A stretch of 64,000 bases of DNA. Source: the human T2T-CHM13v2.0 reference genome, Homo sapiens. The stretch is taken from assembly GCF_009914755.1 (NCBI RefSeq), contig NC_060926.1; one strand, written 5' to 3'. Each line of letters begins with the position of its first letter. Within the stretch, counting starts at the first letter, position 1. Under the pieces are notes generated by a model that had not been told where the DNA came from, searched no databases, and saw only the letters and a program-made list of their open reading frames with translations. This document shows, one piece after another, positions 56,861 to 64,000 of this stretch. Both the position numbers and the translations under genes were made by a program.

Positions 56861-59800
56861 GGTAGAACTCATTGGTGATACCATCAGGTTCAGGGCTTTT
56901 CTTTTTTGGAAGATTAGTGATTACTAATTATGAATTCACTCTCTTTGCTAGTTACAGGTATATTCATGCTTTCTGTTTCTTCATAGTTTATAGCCTTAGT
57001 AGGTTTTATGTTCCTAGAAATGTAGTTATTTCCTCTACGTTATCAAATTTGTTGGCATAAAATTGCTCATAGAACTCTTGTAGAATTGGTATCAATGTTC
57101 CCAACTTCACTTCTGATTTCAGAAAGCTGAATCTTATCTGTTTTTCACATTTTTTCCATCCACCTAAAGCTTTGCCAATTTTGCTAATCTTTTTAAAGAA
57201 CCAACTCTTGGCTTTCGTAAATTTTCTCTATTGTTTTCTATTCTATATTTCATTACCTCTTCTCTAATCATTATTATTTCCTTCCTCTTGCTAGATTTGG
57301 TTTTTATTTGTTCTTTTTATTTCTAATTATTTAAGTTGTAAGGCTAGGTTGTTGACTTGAGTTCTTTCTTCTTGTTGTTTTTAAATATGTGTTTATATCT
57401 TTAAAATTTCCTCTTAGCATTGCTTTTTAAAATCCCCAAAGTTTTGGTATGTTGTGTTTTCATTAATTTTTTATTATTTTATAATTTCCCTTTTAATTTA
57501 ATTCGATGTTTCAGAGCATATTATTTAATTTCCACAAATTTGAGAATTTTCCAGTTTTACTAGTGTTGTTGAATTATATCTGCATCCTGTTTTAGTTGGA
57601 GATGATACTTTGTATGATGTCTGTCTTTTTGAGATTTAATGTGTGGCCTAACATATGGTTTACCTTGGAGAATGTCCCATCTGCACTTGAGAAGGTTGTG
57701 TTTTCTGTTGTTTGTTGATATTGTGTTTGGTAGATGTTGGTTAGATCTTGTTGGATTATTGTGTTAATAATGTCCTTTACTCCCTTATGTACCTTCTTTA
57801 TGGTTATTCTATTATGGAGGGTGGGGTCTTAAAGTTTCCAACTATTAAGGTAAAGCTATTTCTCCCTTCAATGCCATCAATTGTTGATTCATGTATTTTG
57901 ATGGTCTGTCATTGGGTGTGTAAATGTTTACAATTGTTATATATTGTGTAAAATATTTGATTAATATATAATAATCCTCTTTGTCTCTTGTAACATTTTT
58001 TGACTTAAAGTCTTTTTTGTCTAGTTTTAGTACAGAGGCACTCCTGCTCCTTTTTTTTGGCTATTATTTGTATGGAATATCCATTTTCATTCCTTTATTA
58101 ATACCTATTTGTGTCTTTTGATCTACATTGAGTCTTGTGTAAAAGTCGTAGTTAGATCATATTGTATTTATCCATTCTGCCATATTTATCTTTAAATTGG
58201 ATAATTTAACTGATTTACATTTACTTATGTATCTATTTGTTTATTTGGAGACATGGTTTCACTCTGTCACTTAAGCTGGAGTGTGGTGGCACAATCTTGA
58301 GTCACTGCAGCTTTGACCTCCTGAGTGCATGTGACTCTCCCACCTCAACCTCCTGAGTAGTTGGGACCACAGGTGTGCAACACAACATCTGGCTAATTTA
58401 ATCTTTTGTAGATATGAAGTCTCACTATGTTGTCCAGGCTAGTCTCAAATTACTGGGCTCAAGCAAGCCTCCCACCTTGATCTCCCAAAGTGCTGGAATT
58501 ACAGGCATGTGCCACGACATCTGACTGATTTACATTTAAAGCAATTACTAATAAGGAGGGACTTACTGTTGTAATTTTAATATTTGTTCTCTGTATGCCC
58601 TATTGCCCTATAGTTTGTCTCTCATTTCCTACATTACTGTCTTATTTTATGTTTAGTTGATTTTTTTGTAGTAAAACATTTAAATTATTTTCTCATTTCC
58701 TTTGTGTATATTTTTCAACTATTTGCTTTGTGGTTACCATTTGGTATTACAACATGAACTAATAATATTTAAATGCCTTAGTCTCTTACATCATGTTGAA
58801 AACAAAAAGTGGAGTTACATATCATTATTACAATAATATTAGTTTTATAATTGCCCTGGTATTTACCTTTACTAAGATCTTTATTTCTTCATAAAGCTTC
58901 CAGTTGCTATCTAGTTTCCTTTCATGTCAACCTGCTAGTCTCCTTAGCATTGTTTTCAGGGAATGCATATGCTAATAAACAATTTCAACTTGTATTTACC
59001 TTGGAATGTTTTCATTTCTCCCTCATCATTAAAGTACAGTTTTGCTGGATGTTGTGATTTTGAATGACAGGTCTCTTTTCTTTTCTTTTCTCTTTCTTTC
59101 ATTCACCTTTCTTTTTTTTCTTTTGAATTTTGTGTATATCAGCCCACTGCCTTCCTGCCTCCAAGTTTCTGATGAGAAATATGCTGCAAATAGTATTGAG
59201 GATCACTTGTACATGATTTGCTTTTTTCCTCACTGCTTTCAAAATTCTTTGACTTTATATTGATGATTATAATGTGTCTCCATAATGGACGTCTTTGAGT
59301 TCATAATCCTTGGAGTTCATTGAGATTTTTGAATGCTTATGTTCATATCTTTCATCAAATGTGGGACATTTTTGTCCATTATTTCTTTAAATATTTTCTT
59401 TGTTTCTTTCTCTTCTTAATCTGGACTCCCACAATGAGTATGTTAGTCCTCTTGTTAAAATCTCACAGTTTCCATAGGTGCTGGTTATTTTTCTTCAGTC
59501 TTTTTATTTTCTATTTCTCAGATTCAGTAATTCCCATTGTCTTATTTTCAAGTTTGCTGATTCTTTCTTCTGCTTGTGCAAATCTGTCATCGGGTCCCTC
59601 TAGTGAATTTTTGGTTTCAGCTATTGTACTTTTCAACTCCAGAATTTCCTTTTGCTTTCTGTCTCTTTATTGATCTTTCCATTTTTTTCACACATTGTTT
59701 TCTGGACTTTTCCAAGTCTTCCCTTGGTTCTTTGAGTATCTTAAGACATCTGTTTTAAAGTCTTTTTGTAGTAGATCTTCCCTTCCATCAGGTGTTTTAC

Positions 59801-60640
59801 AGGAACAGTTTCTGTGGGTTTATTTTTTGCCTTTGAATAAATCATACCTTTTGTTGCATTGTATGTCTTTTGACTTTTTTGTTGAAAACCATATATTTTG
59901 ATTTTAAAATGTGATAACTCTGGAAACTTAATTCTCCTCCCTCCCCCAGAATTTGCTGGTTTTCTGTTTTATTTATTGTTTTTGTTTTGATTATTGTGTT
60001 ACATTGTATGTGTGCCAAAGATCAACCTAAAGTACAAACTTATGGTCTTCTCAGGTCATCGCAGAGCCTGAATCTTTTTCTGGGCTTGCATGGTAACTTC
60101 CTAATTTCCTTTGTATATATAACTGCTTTTGAATGCCCCTAGTCATCAATGTCCAACCCCTGAGAGGAAAAAAAAAAAGGAAAATTAAAGGGGGTAAATT
60201 TGGAGGCCCTTTATATTTCCTGAAAGTCATTTAGCCAGGGAGGGAAGTTCTTGCAATACTGGGAAAAGGTACAACAACAATGGCTCTCCACCTTTTTCCA
60301 GTAGTCAATAATCAGAACACAGATCCTTGATATTCGAAAAACAGGGTTGTTTTTGCCCATTCTGGCTTCCACAAGCTCTGTGCAAGATACTCCAGGAACA
60401 CATTCACAGCTGCCTGCCACAAGGCTATAGGATAAATAATGGGTAGCCTCTGCTTAACTAAGAGATAAAATTGACTCATATTAACCATAATTTACTGTCC
60501 AAGCCTTTCCCAAGAATTTGCAAGCCTTTGATAGACTTAGGAGTTCCAAAAATCACAACAAACAGAGTCTGCCTGTGAAATTGTTGTCCACATGGAGAGT
60601 CAGATTTCTGATGTCTTCCTCTCTGCCACTATCCCAGGAT
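56861..60640 (-). mobile_element. L1M 5' part (ORF2 N-terminus, ORF1, 5'UTR), interrupted by AluJ
   Basis: ttggtagaactca, aaagaaccaactcttgg, cttggagaatgtcccatctgcacttgagaag, ctccaagtttctgatgagaaat. Confidence 0.8.
58224..58523 (-). mobile_element. AluJ with 15-bp TSD actgatttacattta
   Basis: TSD at 58209-58223 / 58524-58538. Confidence 0.9.
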
Positions 60641-62299
60641 GCCTTTAAAAATGTTTTCGGATTATCAAATGTAACCAATTCACCCTCTTTTTGCACTTCT
60701 GTGGAATGAAATCATTACATGAAGAACAGTTTCCAAATCTCTATCCTCAGGGATTTTATGTTCAAATTATGCAGATGAGAGTTAGACACATAGATCTTCA
60801 GCCAACAAAACAGTATAGACAAAGTTCTGGGCCACTTGGTATGGAGACTCTGTGCAATGCATGTTCAGAGAAGGCTGAATTGTCTGGCCTGGAATCTTCA
60901 TGAAAGTGAGAGTGAACTGGGTTTTGAAAGATGATTGAATGTTTCAACGGTTGAAAAACAGAAAAGCCAGTTCCCACCTAACATAGACATAATACATGAG
61001 CATCATATTTTCATGTGGCAGTAAACTCATTGAAGACTCAGAATAAGAGTACTAGTAGAGAAATCATACAAAGTAAGTTTGTATGGGTAAGAGGAAATCA
61101 AATAGTTTGTTTAAAAAAAAAACCTTAAAACTATGAGAAGAATTTGGAATAAAAATTAGGAATTCAGCTGTCATTGAAGATTTTGAAGACCAAAAAATTA
61201 TTTTTATTTATACCAGCAGATACTCCTGATTGGTAGAATTGTTGTTAAAGTCACCTATTAAGCAGAAAGTTGTGTGTGTGTGGGGGGGTGTTTGCTTGTA
61301 TGTGTGTGATTATTAGCATTCAATAATGATTAATGAAGTTGAAGGAATCAGTTTAAGATAAGCTTTTTGCCTCATAAAACTTTGACTTCTCAAACCTAAT
61401 ATTTTATCCTGAAAAAAAAATGTTTCTTTTCTATGTAACAGTCGTGCACATCAAGCACAACTAACACAGAATGTGGAGTTGGAAGCATTTCAAGGGCACT
61501 TGATATAATAGCTTCTTTTGCCCTAGTATGGTGACATTTTGGAAACATATGAAAATGTCAGAGTGTGACAAATCCAAACTTAAAACAAAATAGATGAAGA
61601 GTTTGAAGCTTTGCAGGCTGTAAATTATTGAAGCCGATTTTCAATGGACTCAATTCAGTGTCCTAGTGTTTTGTGTCACTTAACATAAGATAAAGTTATG
61701 CTTTATTCAAATTTCCTATAAGTGATGAGATTTTTCAAGTTCGTGGGAAAAAAGGGAATGAGATTTTAGCTTTCATCGTGTGTGTGTGTATGGGTGGTTG
61801 GGTGGGTGTGTGTGTCAAGAAATCTATAAACCTACGAGAACAGGTAGCCTTCTGCATAGCCAAGAGCTAACAGTGGTTCATATGTCCCGAGGGCTCACTA
61901 CCTGTCTCATCTTGTTCTACAGCCTTCTTGTGGATCTCATTTAATATTCACCACTATCAAAAGTGGTAGTTTTTTTGTATGCTTGCTTGCCTTATGCTCG
62001 TTCATGCTGAACACATGGGGAGACTGTAGCACAGGCAGGTTAAATAATTTGACCATGTTGATCAACTGTAAGCAGTTGTATCAGAAATCAAACAGTGTGA
62101 CCTCAAAACACATGTACTTAGCCATGAAGCCATACAGCCTCATGCGTTTTGCCTGTGTACTTCAGTAGTACTTGAGAATCAATAAAGCACTAACATAAAA
62201 TAGGAAGAACAAAATCTGCAGTCTCAAAACATGTCAGAAATTATAATATTTGCTATACTTTGTAGAGTCTGTTGTTTATTTATAATATAAATTAGTATT

Positions 62300-63180
62300 C
62301 ATTTTTAATAACATAGTGAATATATGAACATATTATTTTTACTAAAAATTAAAACATTATAGATAAGACAAATTTTTCCTTTTGCCACACCCCCAAACCC
62401 ACTACCCTCCCTCTCTTCTCTACTTACCTGAGACATTATTGCTATTAGTTTAGTGTCAATTCTCTATACCCTTTACAATGCATTGACATCCGTATTATAC
62501 ACATGCACAGGTATATGTACATAGAAAATATATGGTATTTAATTCCATAAAGTGTATTATTCAGTATATATCAATTTTCACGTGCTTCTTTTCAACAATA
62601 CATCTCTGTCTGTTTCAATTTTAAAAAATACTACATAATTCTAAAGTACGAATATGGTTATTTTATTCAGTGATTATCTTCTTAATAAACTTTTACTTTT
62701 GGTTTTTTGTTTTTGTTTCAATACCAGTCCTCTTTCAGACCTCATTGTATATATGTATGAGTACTTATCTAATAAAGACGCCTTAGAGAATTATTGAGTC
62801 CTATGGTATTTGTGACTTCATGGCAATTCCAAATTGCCATTCAATTTCCCTGTGCCCCTCTACCAATTTATTTCCCCACAGCAATTTATTTCCCAACTTC
62901 TATTTCACAAGGAATTGATATAGGAGTATCAGTTTCCCAACAAACCCACCAAAATTTCATATTTTCAAAAATTTAGTGTTTGCATTCTGGTATATGAAAA
63001 TGGTATTGTTTAATCTGATTTATCTGATTGCTAGTAACTTAAAAAATCTTATTCCATGTAATGTTACAGTTTATATTTCTTTATAATTGTCTATTTATAT
63101 TCAAATTGCCTGCTTTTCTAGGCATTTGATTGCCTTTTCCTCTTTTGTAGTTTTTAAGACACTAAACACTAACCTTTTGC
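62300..63180 (-). mobile_element. Ancient L1ME-like 3' region
   Basis: tgcttcttttcaacaata, ttccaaattgcc, tatcagtttcccaacaaacccaccaaaa, tatgaaaatggtattg. Confidence 0.5.
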
Positions 63181-63706
63181 CTGCTATAAAACATATATGT
63201 ATGTTTGTATATATAGCTAAAGAGTGAGAAGTTAAATTATGTGATTTTATTTTGCATTTTTTAACCTGATTTCACATTTTGGAGTATAAAATAACAAGTA
63301 GCTTTTCAAGAAAACTATTATGAGCCACAAACAAATCAGCTTTGAATAAAATCACTTAATAGGGTCTCACTTTTAAAAATGTCAATTAAAGAAATTATGC
63401 AATGTTTATTTCTGGAAACTTGTTCAGCATCCTTGATTTGTAGTCAGACGGTATGTGAGAGCAATATAGATCAACATGAGGGACCGTTAGATCCTGAGAA
63501 TTTGCTGTCTCAAAAGTGCAAAATGGAAATATTATTACATTCTAGTAAAGGCTGTGTTGTTGCTGGTTTCACTGGGTTTGGGGGAACTGGAGTGTGACCT
63601 GCGGGCACCAGATGCCTGGGCAGCCTAGGGCTGCAATCACAGGCAGACCAGAAGTTGGAGGGGCACAATGGTAGAAAGAGCTCACTGACAGAAAGAAGCA
63701 AATGTG

Positions 63707-64000
63707 GGCCGGGCGCGGTGGCTCACGCCTGTAATCCCAGCACTTTGGGAGGCCAAGGCGGGCGGATCATGAGGTCAGGAGATCGAGACCATCCTGGCTA
63801 ACACGGTGAAACCCCGTCTCTACTAAAAATACAAAAAATTAGCCAGGCGTGGTGGCGGGCACCTGTAGTCCCAGCTACTCGGGAGGCCGTAGAATGGCTG
63901 AGGCAGGAGAATGGTGTGAACCCGGGAGGCGGAGCTTGCAGTGAGCCCAGATGGAGCCACTGCACTCCAGCCTGGGCCACAGAGCGAGACTCCTTAGCAA
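63707..64000 (+). mobile_element. AluY with an 11-bp internal insertion
   Basis: gatcgagaccatcctggctaacacggtg and ggagcttgcagtgagc are Y-diagnostic; many CpGs retained; tail cut by the window end. Confidence 0.95.

Overview
AT-rich, CpG-depleted primate (most likely human) intergenic or intronic DNA dominated by interspersed repeats. I find no supportable cellular protein-coding gene, RNA gene or prokaryote-type system. The only ORFs with recognisable homology are retroelement remnants: L1 ORF2 at about 19.8-21.2 kb and HERVL gag/RT/IN/dUTPase at about 29-33.8 kb. The largest feature is a near full-length minus-strand HERVL provirus with MLT2A LTRs (28090-38867). Its 5' LTR has grown from about 0.42 kb to about 4.8 kb through an AT-rich mini/microsatellite expansion, which also carries an inverted copy of pol sequence and an 87-bp inverted duplication of the LTR. 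Other structures read directly from the sequence: a TSD-flanked L1 3' transduction of a THE1 LTR with two A tails (about 6 kb); three twin-primed (5'-inverted) L1 insertions, one with a short 3' transduction; an inversion of about 450 bp with templated junctions that splits two LTRs (13.5-14 kb); a one-LTR ERVL fragment with a candidate 5-bp TSD (49 kb); and a fold-back palindrome in an old L1 (56.4 kb). Repeat subfamily names come from recalled consensus sequences and need RepeatMasker/Dfam confirmation.
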